NCBI GenBank assembly: GCA_051047955.1
Contig: JBPGPT010000038.1
Location: forward strand, 1 to 64,000
Source of the DNA: Cystobasidiomycetes sp. EMM_F5
Taxonomy: Eukaryota
Direction: 5' to 3'
Length of the DNA stretch: 64,000 nucleotides
The translations under genes were made by a program, and so were the position numbers. Numbering within the stretch: position 1 is the first letter of the stretch; every line of letters starts with the position of its first letter. Under the pieces are notes generated by a model. That model saw only the letters and a program-made list of their open reading frames with translations. It was not told the origin of the DNA and did no database searches. Of this stretch, positions 49,925-62,997 are shown piece after piece.

Positions 49925-50880
49925 TATTGGCGGACTGATAGGGTATTGCTGTTAAGAGAACATGGGATCACCGTTAGCCAGCTCATACGTAAGGCAGTTG
50001 TCGTCCAGCTCACCCCTATCACTACGGGATTTCCCCAGTCATCATACACAACCTGGCCAGTCAGCTGATCTCGCAGAAATACTGGCTGTGTCATTTTGTG
50101 TCTGCGGCCAGCTTGGTGTAGTTCAAGTCAAGGACGAATTCCACGATAGAAGGGCAATATGTGAAGAAGGAACGAGCGGTCAGGGGCATGATGAGAGGTG
50201 GATGCCGGAACCTTTCGGTCAGCCATGTGCATTCTCGTCGGACAATCTCTGCTGCATCAGCTTTTCAACCTGGTGTTTGACACTTCGTGAGTTTAGGCGG
50301 GCCACCACCGACCGTCATCCGATCCAAAGAAGCGTGGAGTATGTAGATGCGTCGGCCATGAGCAGTGCAGCAAAAGATATACGTATCCGTCTTCTCGTTA
50401 GCATCTGCCCGTGCTTCCACGGCGCAGCTGTCACTTTATCACCCACCATCGCGACGATTGCTTTGTCAGCACCGGTTGGTTCTGGCGAGCCGCGTCAGCC
50501 TCGACGATAAGCTCTGTCTCCCACCACCAGCACAGCCAGCAACAGCACGCACCCATCCTAGCTCATCGACACTCAGCCCCGTTCAGCTAAACAAAAGGTG
50601 AGTTTCCCTTATCTGGCTCGCCCGCTGCTGTCGCTTGTCGCTTGTCGACCGGCGTCAGTCGTTTGTGCAACAGCGGGGTGCAGGAGTTCTTCTGCATATC
50701 GTTCAATGCTGACTGGTGTCTGGCTGCCCTTTGCAACTGCCCCATTCCTCCTGTGCACGGGTCACTCCTCCGCCACCGAATAGGCCTCTTGAACCCGTTC
50801 AGTCAGCAAGCACAGCCAATCGCTTTCCGCAACCTGCCAACTCGCATTGTCGCAAAGACTCACACATACTCTGACCCACA

Positions 50881-51642
50881 ATGCAAATCTTTGTCCGTGA
50901 CATCGCAGGCAGTGTCTATGCTGTCGGTGAGTCAGTGCTCTCTGCATACCGTTTCAACGCAGTGCCCGTCCACCTAGTAGCCACATGCTGAGGATGTCCT
51001 TGTTACTCGTATACAGTCGCGGACGACATGTCAGAGCTGCAGTCTGCTATCATAGCCCGCTCTGGCCTCTCTTCGGATAGTCTGCGGATATCGCACCGTT
51101 CAAGGCAACTAAGCACATCATCCAACTCGCCCCTGCAAGAATTGGGAGTTTACAATAATGCAACAATAGACGTATCGTCAAGATTACGAGGTGGTGCGCC
51201 AAAGAAGCGATGTGCATTCGTGTTTGCAAAGCAGCAAGCGTCCTCGTCTGCCAGCACTACGGTAGTGGCGACATCAAGTGATGCCAGTACCTCTGCGACG
51301 GCGCCTACTCCTCAGCAGCTCGAAGGCTCCACGAGCACGTCAGCCGAGTCTTGTGGCAACGCATCTTCCACAGCTGCAGAATCCAGCGCATCCACTGCAA
51401 GTTCAGCAACCGTACTGCCTTCACCAGCCACACTCGAAGCCATACTAGAACGATGCTCATCTGCAGCACTCCGTATGGTCGGCGACTGTCCTCGCTGCAC
51501 AAAGTCATACTGCTCTACCCATCGTCTACCGGAAGACCACGCCTGCCCTGCTCTGGCTGGATGGCGCAAACAGGCTTTCGACGAGAACCGGGCAAAGTTG
51601 GAGAAGGAGGCAGTCATTACCAGCAAGATTAGCGCATTCTGA
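50881..51642 (+). CDS. Ubiquitin-like domain plus AN1-type zinc finger protein (ZFAND4/ANUBL1-like architecture)
   Basis: MQIFVRDIAG, intron, ...VSSRLRGG, then KKRC...C..AALRMVGDCPRC.KSYCSTHRLPEDHAC. Confidence 0.88.
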
Positions 51643-51983
51643 AGCACTCTTTAGTTGCCCACGCGACTACTGCAGTGTCGTTTACCGCACAACACATCAT
51701 TGGTGACACGCAGCCCACCTTCCGGTCGCTGTTGCGTCATTTCGTTACTAGATACCCAAAGCAGAGCTTCCTGCATGCAAAGACATTCTGTATATTTCGT
51801 AACTATCGTAGTGATAGATCCTCACATAGATACATGTAGCGTCTAACGCCGTAAGCTCTCTTCTGTACATTGAGCTGGTTGTCCCCACTTTCAATACATT
51901 CTCATGGTCCTGAACCACGATGCAAAGAGGAGTTCACAATATTCCAAGCATACCATCTGATCCATATTCGTGCACATTAACTC

Positions 51984-53160
51984 TTATACCCTCAGCCCTG
52001 CGTGTGGTCTCGGCCGGTTGCGCTTTGTGAGCATGTCGTTCGTCTTTGTAGTCATATCGACAAAGGGTCGTGCCGAGTCTGTTGCCAAGTAAACACACTC
52101 TGCTTCCACGTTGACATTACGCGAGTCGTCGACTTGCTCTGCTTCGCAGACCCGTAGCGGGACGGCGGCCAGACCTGTCGTTTGCCGGATGTGCGGAGAA
52201 CCAGTGTACGACAGGAAGCCGCTGTTCACCTGCAGCAGGCAATTACATGCATGAGCTGAGCAAACCACTGACTTTGTGAGGATAGCAACTCACAGAAGTA
52301 GACGCCTGGACGAAGGTACCCTTGCCAGTATACGCTTCGGTCACGTCCGCAAGAGGGGATTCTGTAAGATCTCGCATGCGTCGCTCAATAGCGGCAGCAT
52401 CGCGAGCATCATCCAGACCGCTACGCCGATTGCACTTCGGGGTTGAGACATTCTCGTTGGCTTGAGAATTCGAAAGGAAAGAAGGAAGGGGATCTCTGTA
52501 AATGGCCAGACATTCCCGCTTGCGTTTGGGTTTAGGCTTGTTTGCCTTCCTGTAGTCACATCGAGGAACAGGGAATTGAGGAGGTGGTTCGCGACTCGGA
52601 AGGGACGCTTTGACGCCTTGCATATCGTATATAGATTCAAATTTTGCGTTTGCAGCTTTCCGATATTCATTTTCAGGCGACGCAATCTCGAAAGGCCGCC
52701 TTCCTGCCCAAATATCTGGCAGCTCGGATTGATACGACGAAGATAGCGGTTTGTTGTCGGAGGCATCTTCAAAGAGCCGCGGCGATTTCACCACATTTGG
52801 CATTTTGCTAGCGTTCAAGATACAGCGATCTCCGGTTTGCGCAATCTTGTTGTGTGACCCGCTAGCTTTCATGTGAGTAGATTTTGTCGCATAGCTGCTG
52901 CTTTTGCAGCTTTTACTCTTCCTTCGCAAGCCACCAATGTTTTCCTTGTCGTCATCGTTGTTTACAAAGGTGTCGCGGAAAACGGGAATTGCGCTATTGG
53001 ACGGATTCCGCGACGCGTATCCAACAGCATTCGACATCTTCAGTGCGGGTGCAGAGGCCTCGCAAGCAAGCATGCGGGTGTAGCGGGGCTTTGACAATGT
53101 TTTCGCGGATTTAGAAGCCAACGGTTGATCTGTAAATACGCTGAAGCTAGCGAAGCCCAT
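51984..53160 (-). CDS. Hypothetical protein
   Basis: ORF of ~300 codons with DDKENI and RDLTESPLADVTEAY motifs, plus a short 3' exon. Confidence 0.55.
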
Positions 53161-53671
53161 GTTGAAGCGAAAGTGCCTCGCGTGCTCTGCTGCTGACGAC
53201 TGTAACGCTGGAGGAATTTGCTGAAGGAGTTTTGCTGTCACGCCGCGTCAAGGGCTGTACGGGAATAAATAAACAAACAAACGAAAGCCGGTTGACAGCA
53301 GAATAAAGCAGCAGGCAGAATAGGTGGAACACCAAGCAGTATGCAGGTGATGGAATGCACTTGGGCAAGGGCATGTTTCCGAGAACAGCATCCGCTCGTC
53401 ATGTCATTCAAAGCCGCCGCGCGATCGGAAAATATACATGAAACGTCAAACAGCTGCCATGGCATATCATCGTTAAGTCACAGAGGCTGGTTACTCAGGT
53501 CCCCCAGATCTCTTCTATGCTACATTCAGAAAGATGTGGAATCCTCCCGTCCTCGCACTGACAGCATACCCCGTCTCAGCGTCATCTTCTTAATTAGCCT
53601 GCCTCTTCAACTTGCCTCAGATCAGGCTAGATTGGACTTCTGATGTGTTACGAGAGACGGCACCACTGGCA

Positions 53672-55374
53672 CTAAACACATACGTGGCGCGTAGACGATT
53701 CAGACTGATCTGCCAAACCCGTCGAGCGAACTCTTTCAGCTTCCCGGCGGTACGAAGCAGGAGACGCTCGACTAGGGTTTGTCAATACCATAGCTAGAAG
53801 GAGACCTATGGCGCCCGAATCGCCAATTACGCCGTACAGAGTATGTCCTCTGCGCGAAAAACCTGCGTTGACTTGAAAGGAGCCTGGGCCCTTCTGCCAG
53901 CTACGAACTTGCCCTCGCTGATCAACAAAGGCCGATATGCCTTCATCAGCACCGTCGCAGACCATGTATGCAGAGTTCAAGCTCCGTGCCATTATCTGCA
54001 GTTGGCGAATGCGTGTCCACGCGAGTCGTGCGTCGAAGACTGACGAGGGAACCATTGTCAATGATGCGGGGTAAGCCTGTCGGAGAATGTGTGGGAACGA
54101 GGTGTCGTGACAGATGGCAGCTGAAAGCTGTATCACAGCGTCATCATGCCTGTTTTGAGAACGCAAATGAGGCACGGTAACGGATACATTCCGAGGCAAA
54201 GGATCCCTGCCTGCCTCGTAGACGTAGGTCTCTGCGTACGGAACTAGGGCCTGCTTCAGATAGGTAAAAACTGCTGTGCCGTCGGCTCCGAAAGCGGACA
54301 CAGCTGTCGAGTACTTTCGTTTGTTAGTGATAGATGGTGCTGCGTAAGTCGCTGCTATGACTGCTCTTCGAGTACGAGCAAGGTAAGAAACGCGGTCGAA
54401 CAGTCTTGCGTTGTCAATTTTACCCTCAACGCGGACCGCATTTTCGGGCCACAAAAGAAGCTTAGCGCCAGCTCCTGAGATAGACTCGGTTTCTGCAATG
54501 ATTTGGTCTATTCCACGAGACTCCTCTGCTTCGGTAAAGGAAGAACGCAAGCCACTCGCGTAAATTCCGTCTCTTTGGCCGTTCGCTCAACAAGCATGGG
54601 AGCAAGCCATATACAGAGGAGGGCTACAACAGCCGCTCTACCGGCATTGCGTCGCCGAGAAGACGTATGTACGCAATCAATGTTTGCGTTCCCGATTTGC
54701 GTTTGATGAAGGAGGGTTGTCCTTTCGTCTGGAGAGTCCGTCACATCGATCAAAGTATCATTTGGCACAGCGGCGCTTGTTTCCCAAGCCGAGAATGCGT
54801 TTGATAGCAATACAGCAACGAAAGCTGTAATAAAGTCAATGAACGCCATGCCAAAGAGTGGCAGATACGTTGCGGTCGTGCCAGACAACGCCGAAAGCGG
54901 CGTCCAGGAGATCAGGCGTCCAAGACTGTGCAAGCGGCAGAATATCGTCCACACAGAGCACCACAGAAATGGAAAGATCAAAAGGCTTAGTGAGTGCGAG
55001 TTGAGTTGGTCGGCCTTGTCAGCCAGAATGACACCAGCCAGCGCGGTGAAGTACACAACGAAAGTGACCAGTAGAGCAGTCGTGATTATGACAGCCAACT
55101 TATCGAGAAGAGCATCACTTGTAGCATTTGCTAGCACTAGGCCAGCAGAGATAGTGAGCCCCAATAAGACGAAGACCCAGCTTGAGAAACGTCGACGTAG
55201 CAGGTCCGACCGAGCTTCATGTGAGATTAATGCGATGAGTGGAACCGCAGCAAAGAGAGACTGCGACAGTGTATGTGTAGTCGTCAGACCTATGATGGCA
55301 GCGCCGGTTATCCATGTTGACAATTGTCTGGCTATCCACGCCTAGGCAGCAAGTTGACCAGAATCATCGAACAT
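53672..55374 (-). pseudogene. Membrane-bound carbon-nitrogen hydrolase, apolipoprotein N-acyltransferase (Lnt)-like; reading frame interrupted
   Basis: Multi-TM N-terminal half ending VACVLP; nitrilase half LLLWPE..YLKQALVP..AAICHD in the -1 frame, with no room for an intron at ~54510-54545. May be an assembly indel. Confidence 0.65.
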
Positions 55375-55492
55375 GATCTCTACGAATGCGAAGCAAGAAC
55401 GATAATGAACTCTAGTAAAGGATTCAACTCTAGCGCGCCGAGAAGTCATTCACAAAGACATCTGTGAATATGTTACAAGCTCCGGACCGCAT

Positions 55493-56166
55493 TCAATGGC
55501 GTTGCTGACTTGAAACAACCAGTATGATGCAGGTTGCTGCTATGGTGAGGGTAACCAGTAGACTGGATATTTGAGTGATCTTGCCGCTCGTGATATGCCC
55601 CAATCCACGTATCATGTCCCGCTGAGCCTTGAAGAACGCGGAAGTCGCGGCAAACAAGGAAATCAAGCCTACTGTAAAGAAGATTGCCCCACCCTTACGT
55701 TGTTGCTCAGTCAGCTGGTGGTCCTCGATGAATGATAGACGACCAAACAACTGACAGGAATTGCGAATCGATTCTCCAAGGATAGACCTGGTCTGGGTGT
55801 TTGGCCCGTCTCAGCGACCTGCAACCAAAGATAAGCGCGTTGCAACGCTGACACAACACAGAATGAATTACCTGCAAGCGTATTAGCAAGCCACCTGAAA
55901 TGACCATACAAAACACAACGAGCTTCATCCAGGCCAGATAGTTACGTTCATAAGCTGGAAGAGCTGTGCATTAACGCGCCTCGATTCTCTTGTGTACTAG
56001 TTTGCGTAATACCCAAGAAATCTCTTGTGGTTGAGCCTTCATTCTTTATGGTAAGTTGCTGCCCGCTGTAGACTGCTGGGCTTGCCGCAGCTGCATCAGG
56101 CTGTTCATTTACGGCCGCAGAGGCGGTGGTGACGAGAGGAGGGCCTTCACGAAACAAAGATGTCAT
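55493..56166 (-). CDS. DUF202/YidH-like small membrane protein
   Basis: NEGSTTRDFL/AYERNYLAWMKL followed by three hydrophobic segments. Confidence 0.82.
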
Positions 56167-56341
56167 GTGCAGAAGTCATGAGTGCGAACGAGGAAGGGTG
56201 ACTTTGAGGATGACGAGCTGGTTGCAATTCGCCACCGCACGCGTCACGGCCGCAGTCATGGTCGACGCATACTGCACAGATGCATATGCATAGCAAAAAG
56301 AGCTGAATTGTATTTCTCAAACTTGTCGAGCGGATCGAATT

Positions 56342-57211
56342 TCACAACAGACTACCTCTGACAACGTACACGCTGTCGGCATCATGAGTCTGAGACCCGA
56401 TACTCCGGGTAAGATCCAGCTTTGTGAAATTCACTGTTTCCGACGTGGCCGACTCGTCGCTAATGAGGCATAGGAACAACAGCTGCGACACGCTTTAACG
56501 AAATTCTGCAACGGCAAAGCGGAAAATGCCGTGACTTACATCATCAGACAATGCTGTTGACAAATTGTTAGTATTCTTGACCATCATTATAGCTGCAAAT
56601 AGGTCCAGAGCTTTCCCACACACTATGTCCTGCTCACTTTGGCCTCAGGTTATAGGTTATCATAGAGCAGGCATACAGACTCCTACCTGCTGCAACCAGA
56701 GATCCATGGACGTGGCAGAAGATACGTTTCGTACACACAAGTATCGACGCTCTTGGGGTGGTGCTTGCTTCTTTGGATCTGCCGGCTTTGCTCTTTGTTT
56801 CATCTTCATGACCAATAACTTTTTGTCGATAGGTTTCAAGGTAGATTGTTTTGCGCCCTTTCCAGAAGACTGAAATGCTTGGAGGTCCGGAAAGTTCTGA
56901 CGGAGTACGTCCAGCGCTGCCTGCTTCTTTTGCTGTCTTATGGAGGATGTAGCAGTGGACGTTGCTCGTCGGTTTGGATCAGGCAACAAGTCCTTCAAGC
57001 CCGCTGCCGGTATGAAGTCTGTATCATGAGAAGCAGTCGTCGCAACGGAACGTATTCCAGTACAATCGTGAGCTGCTGGCAATGCATCATCTGCATGTTC
57101 CTTGCAAAACGCTTTGGCGCACAACCCGCATTTATATGGGAGGAAGTCCAGCGCGCGGCATGTTGTACAATGACTTCCTACGTCCGCTGCATCTGGTTTG
57201 AGGACGTCCAT
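56342..57211 (-). CDS. AN1-type zinc finger protein (Cuz1/ZFAND1-like)
   Basis: VGSHCTTCRALDFLPYKCGLCAKAFCKEH..HDC; MKMKQRAKP..ERRYL. Confidence 0.85.
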
Positions 57212-57308
57212 ATCAGCATTGTTTATGTCGACGAAGATGGTGTGAGTTCAAGTGGCGCCGGTTCCCCTTTTGTCCAGACCCACAAACGAAATGCGGCCAG
57301 GAGTGAAG

Positions 57309-58254
57309 ATGACGCCGCACGGCAAGACTGTTCCTCACACAACACCTTCTACTTGGAAGTCCCTCTCCTTTCATGTAATTTCGCTAGCTATCCTGCTGAA
57401 TGCATTCAGGACCCTGCGGACACCCTGTGAACATCACATCATCCGATGAATATCCATTGCACGGCAGGCTAAATCTTACAACATCAGCTCCGCTTGGGAA
57501 CTTCATTGAATCGCAGTTCGGATCCTGGTACCAGTTCCTCACTGTTCTCGGTTTAATCTCCGCTATATTGACAATGGCAGTTGCGATCCTCAAGGATGTG
57601 CTGCCACAATTCCGGATGCTCGACAGTATCAAGAACGCTATAGGAATCGTAAGCGTGCCTGCCGAAGGCATGATTGCCATCCTCTACTGGGGCTTGCGCG
57701 CATACGACCCCAAACTGCTCCTGCAAGATGATCCGAAATACCGCATTCCCCTGCCACTTGATCTCAGCCTGTACGCTGCTACTGTATTAAAACCTTATGC
57801 GATGCCTAAGATTGCCATCTGCAGTCATGCTGTCCCTGCTGCAATACTCTGGATCGATTTCCTTCTCTTCTCTCCACCATATTCCGAAAAATCACGGCCA
57901 CTCTTGTTATCCGGTACATGCTCGTTGCGCCGATCGACTATGTCCAGCTGATATTATGGGACAGCGACTATGACCGCTGGCTATACCACTTGGATGGAGT
58001 ACTGCAAAAGTCGCAACGGCAATTGTATGTGCAAATTCTTCCATACCAAAGCCATACCAACTGATATGAGTGCAGTTCCTTATCCTTTCCTCGGAGAATT
58101 GGGTCTGCCACAGCGCTTGACTTTCTATGCAGCGTGTACAGTTGTTGCCTACGTTCTGTTCAAGATCGCAAATAGCATTCACATCGCACTAGACCGCCTT
58201 TTGGGCAAAAATGTGCGAGTTGCCAAAAGGCAAGCGCAGGGAAAATCGCTGTAA
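57309..58254 (+). CDS. FAR-17a/AIG1-like membrane protein
   Basis: QFGSWYQFLT, ILYWGL, DLSL/HAVPA..LWIDF, Y..WMEYC..NG..PYPFL. Confidence 0.87.
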
Positions 58255-58602
58255 TGCCAGCATCAGCTTCGTCTAATGCGCTGTCGGAATCTAATATCGG
58301 AGCAATAGACACTTATGTACGGCGTCAGTCACGCACGGGCAGACACAGCTGCAGCGTTCTTCAAGCGATGCCACAGTTGGTCGTATCAGTTGTTAAGCCC
58401 ACGGCCTTTAAACCCTCATCTGTTGCAGTATAGCCCAGCGGGTGAACATACATTTGAGGTTTACTCGCTGATACAGGTTTGAGCATCAACGCTCTTATCA
58501 TCCTGGTAAGAAGGAACAAGCAATTGCCGTGGCTTGTGGTGCCGAAATTTCCCGCTTCGTCACACAGCACGGCGACAACAAGACACGAAGGAACGCCCCT
58601 TC

Positions 58603-60194
58603 CTAATAAGCCGATGATTGCATCTTTCTCGCTTTCTCACTTTCGAGTCTTGCGTGCAGCATCTGTACTGCCGTCTGAATATTTCCGGGAAGGCCGCTAA
58701 TGGTCACAAGCTATGCGGTGGGGGGAATGAGCTTGGTTCACAATAATGCGATTGGCTATGACATACCCTCTCGTTCGGATTAGCGCCCGAACCTTGCGCC
58801 TCTGTAGGTTCCATGATTTTGATATTGCAGCCAGACATTTGGCGAATCTCGTTAATCTTTTGTCCGCCCTTGCCGATAATGTTGCCAACAAGGTCATTGG
58901 GTACATAAATTTGCTGAGTTTGACTGCCCGGTGCAGCAGCAGTAGACGGAACAGAGTACGAAGCAGCGGGGGGAGGGTTACGCGATGCGACCGCTGGTGG
59001 CATGCCACCAGCCGGGTGACTGTTGTAGCCATAGCCGGACGGAGGGCCGCCATGATACGAGCCGCCAGGTGCCGAATCGCCATAGCCTCGGCCACCAGGT
59101 CGACCGCCGTACTGAGATGACTGACCGTAACCGCCAGGAGCTTGACCGGAGGGACGATATGGTATGTTCGTTGATGGGCGGTCTGCATTTTCTTGTAAAA
59201 TCGTACCGACGTAATAGACAGCGATGTGGATAGCGTCGGCTACGCCTGTCACCGACAAAGTTCGCTACAAGTGCATACGTCAGACCAAGCTGTCATGAGA
59301 TTTGCATTACCGTAGCCCCGCACCTCTGTACTGCCTCTGAGCATCTCGCTTGATGCCTGCAGACGGGCTCCACTGGCTTCCTGGATCTCTTTTATCTTGC
59401 TTCCGGCCTTGCCGATGACGCTTCCCATACGATGATTGGGGATGAGATACCTGCAAAGTCACTTTTGGCACCACTGCTATTCGCTAAAACCTGCACATAC
59501 GTACTTCATAGTAATGCCTCGACTGCCTGGCAATGAGGCTTGATCAAAGGGCTCGTCGTTGAGCTTCCGAACGATGAGACCAAAAGCCTTTGCACGAACG
59601 TCAATTTGGATGTTGTAGAATTTTGAGCCTTAAACATACCTTGCTGACAGCGTCCAGCGGACCAGTCACGTAGACGACCCGATCTGGCTCGTTTGGATCA
59701 TGGTCGGAAACGGAAACCTTGGCGCCAGCTCGCTCGCGTATCTCCTTGATATGGGAGCCGCCTGCGTTGGACGGTGTCAGCTGCTTCGTCGTAGTTTGAA
59801 ACAGTGCCGAAGGGCGCTCACCCTTTCCGATTATGATGCTGGCCTCCTGGGTGAGAATGAGCGCTCGGATGCATATGGTGGGCACAGCTTCCACGCTTGC
59901 TGGTAGAGATGCAGAACCGCTCGCAGCAGCACCGTCTCGCCCAGAAGCTTCCTCCTTGAGCTGGCCATCTTCAGTCTTTGCCGAAGATGGAGCTGCGGGA
60001 AGTCCAGCATACTGAGCGCTGTTTCCTTCCATCTTGCCGCTTGCTACCGCTGCAGAGCCAGACGACCGGACATCCCCACTAGTACCGTTATTGCCTTCGC
60101 CCCTGTTCAGCTTCTTGTTTCCGCCGTGATAATAGTCTCCTGCTTGTGGAGAGCTCGAGCGTGCACGTTTGCCGTTGCCGTTGCTGTCGGACAT
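58603..60194 (-). CDS. Triple KH-domain RNA-binding protein (PBP2/PCBP/hnRNP K-like)
   Basis: Three GxxG loops: [43 protein letters not shown]. Confidence 0.93.
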
Positions 60195-61069
60195 TGCGGG
60201 TTGTGGTTGAATAATTGAGATTTCGATAGATTGAACGTGTGCACAGATACGATCGAGTGTGAAGTGGACGAGGTGCGGATAGCAGAATCCACAGTCAGCC
60301 GACCTAGCTAGTCAGATCACTATCCTATGCAGCGGCGTGTCTCGGATGAGCTTTGCAGAAGGGGCAGTCTCGACAAGATTGGAGAGTTTGACGGGGCGAC
60401 GAGTAGAAGTGATATGGCCGGACAGAGTTGACTGACTGAGCGAATTGAAGTAGTGTGAGACTGTGACGATGTACACGACGGTACGGCGAGTGTGCGGAAG
60501 CTGGACTGCACAGCTGGACTGGAACTGAAAGAGAATTCAAGGGAAGCGGTCAAGACACGGTCTGCCGACCAAAGGTGGTAGGCTCAACACAGCTGCCGGG
60601 TAGTCCAGTGTGCAGGACAGACGTATGAGCCTGCCTGACAATGGCTCCGCACGTATGTTGTAGGCTATGCGTTGGTGTGGAAAGCCTCGCTGGCAGGACA
60701 GCCCGAGATCCTGCGTCCGCCGCTGCGAGCTGGAGAAAGCGCACTCACAAAGACCAAGCTTGCTAGCGCGGAGGCTTTGAGGAGCGTGTAGCCACACCCT
60801 GCGCACGTCGAGACAGCCTTACGAAACAGATATGCTTTTGGGCGAAGGCAAAGATGACCGGACCTCGAGGTCTCTTAGACACAACAATACGGAGTTTGTA
60901 GGAATGAACAGGGATGTAGCAGAGAACAGCAAGCAAGGATAATAATGGGATGACATGGCAGGAACTCCGGGCTTTATGCTACTGAGCCTACGAAAACCTA
61001 GTATATCTAGTTAGCGGATGAGCGAAGACGGACGGAACCATGTCAGCATATTAAACCGACAACACGTCG

Positions 61070-62141
61070 TCAGCCAGCAGAGCTGCCCACCTCGTCAAAT
61101 GGCCGCGTGTCTTTCCAACAACTGTCCCAAACTTCATTTACAATCCGATTCGCCTCTAGTCTCCTAGCCTCGTTACTTTGTGGGGTTGCTTCGTAGGCTG
61201 CTAGATGGCTCATGACTGATATTGCTGCTCGACGTTTAGTACACTCCTTGATCACCGTAAGCACGAATGAAGGTGGACATGGGACGGGTTGCAGATTGAG
61301 GGGCATTCGTCAGTAACATACGGAGTAGTGAGCTCAAGTATGCTCGTACTTGATGCTGTTTAGTGAAATTGTAGTGCCTCCTCTGCACTTCGCGACCCCA
61401 TCGACAGTCGCCGGACAGCGAACTTGCCCGTATCTAAACGAGGAGCAGAAGGATAACGGCTTAAGTCAACCATGATGCAGACCGCGAGCAGTCCTTTCTC
61501 TTACCTCACTGCAGGCTACCATACGAACGTTTGACCAATCTACATTGAATCTTCGATGATCCCATTCGTGTATGAGTTCGTGCGCTAAAGCATCCTCTGT
61601 ATGTTTGCGCCCCATCAAGCGGTCCTGGCACAAGAGGACTCCGCCGTTTGGCAGGAAACCGCCAGATGCATTCGGCCCGCATGGAATACAAGTTATAGGT
61701 ACTGGCGAATTTGCCGGGACGTTGTATTCGGGTGGAGCCGTTGCTGATTCCATATAATCTGGCTTCGGCAATGAGTCTATGTGTTGCAACAGGAAGCGCA
61801 CGATGGGACCTTGACAGAAGAGTGCAGGCTATCAGCATCTCTGGCTTGAGAAAGACAGTATAGCTGTTTCAGCCAAAATATTTACTTTCCATGACGACCT
61901 TGTCTCTCCAGCCTTGACACCTCCGACAATCTTGCATGAGTTTCTGGGACTGCTTCTCTTGGTCACGAAGTTGGCGATCCTCCTCAGTGAGGCCTAGACC
62001 TGTCAGTTGCGATAGGTTTCGTCGCCAGCTCTCGAACGCTTTTGACGTTTTCGCGCTGTCTTTGCCAGAAGGCCTTGCTTGTGCGTGCCCATCGGAATTG
62101 AGCGGTGTCTGCGACGTGGAGGCTTCACTAGAACCTTGCAT
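61070..62141 (-). CDS. ATP23: Mitochondrial inner membrane metalloprotease Atp23
   Basis: CRRCQGWRD, SGGF..GVLLCQDR, EDALAHELIHEWDH, VACSE/IRASSLSGDCRW, VNEVWDSCWKDTRPFDEV. Confidence 0.93.
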
Positions 62142-62281
62142 ATTGTATATCTATTCAGATGTTTGCTCCTCGTATACGATTGTCGCTAGATTGGAGTTGA
62201 TCGGGGCACAGCTGAAGTCGACCTCAAGCCCGGTTTGACCTCGTTGGTATCAGCACAAATTGAGAATATAACTCTGCAACC

Positions 62282-62997
62282 ATGGGTGTGGGCGGGAGCA
62301 AGCCCGAATCTGCCAAGTCTGGCGATGAGCAGTCGTTTTATGCTGACCGACCTGTTCGGGTACGTCGTGTCGAAGCTTCGTGGTCGTAGAAACGAACAAA
62401 GCTACGTAACAGTCGGAAGATCCGCTGAACGTTTGGGCACATAGTTCTCTCCTTCTCTTATGCAACACCTGTCGGACTTACCATCCACCGACGGATCCTC
62501 CCCAAATGCACCAAGCGCAGCTCGACAATCGACACTGGACGAACACGTTCGAGCACGAATAGCGTCAGAACTAGCGCGTCTCAAAGCTCAAGAGTCTGAA
62601 ATACAAGAAAAGATTCAAAGGGTGTTGGAGCGGGAGAACCTAGAAAAGGAGACTTCAAGCGCAGAAGCTATCAAGTCTTCGCAAGTTCTCAAGCAAGAGC
62701 TCGAGGAGCTATCACAAAAGATAACGCAACATAGAGAGAGACGCAATGTGCAGAAGAACTTTCCGGAAATCGCTGCAGCGAGACGAGACTTGGTCGCCTG
62801 TTATCGCGAAAAGGTCGACAAGCCGCTAGATTGTTGGCAAGAGGCTGCGCAATTTAGAGCTGCTGTAAAAGCTGCAGAACAGGTCCGTGTCTCCACTCAT
62901 GCCGCAAGGACTACCAATTGGCGGGACTGACAGTTTGATGCATGTATCCTTCTTACAGGTCTTTGTGCAAAGGGAGGGTGTAATGGCGCAGGCGTAG
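62282..62997 (+). CDS. MIC19: MICOS subunit Mic19-like (DUF1690) coiled-coil protein
   Basis: Myristoylation-type start MGVGGSK, FSPSLMQHL, coiled coil, LVACYRE...KPLDCWQEAAQFRAAV. Confidence 0.82.
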
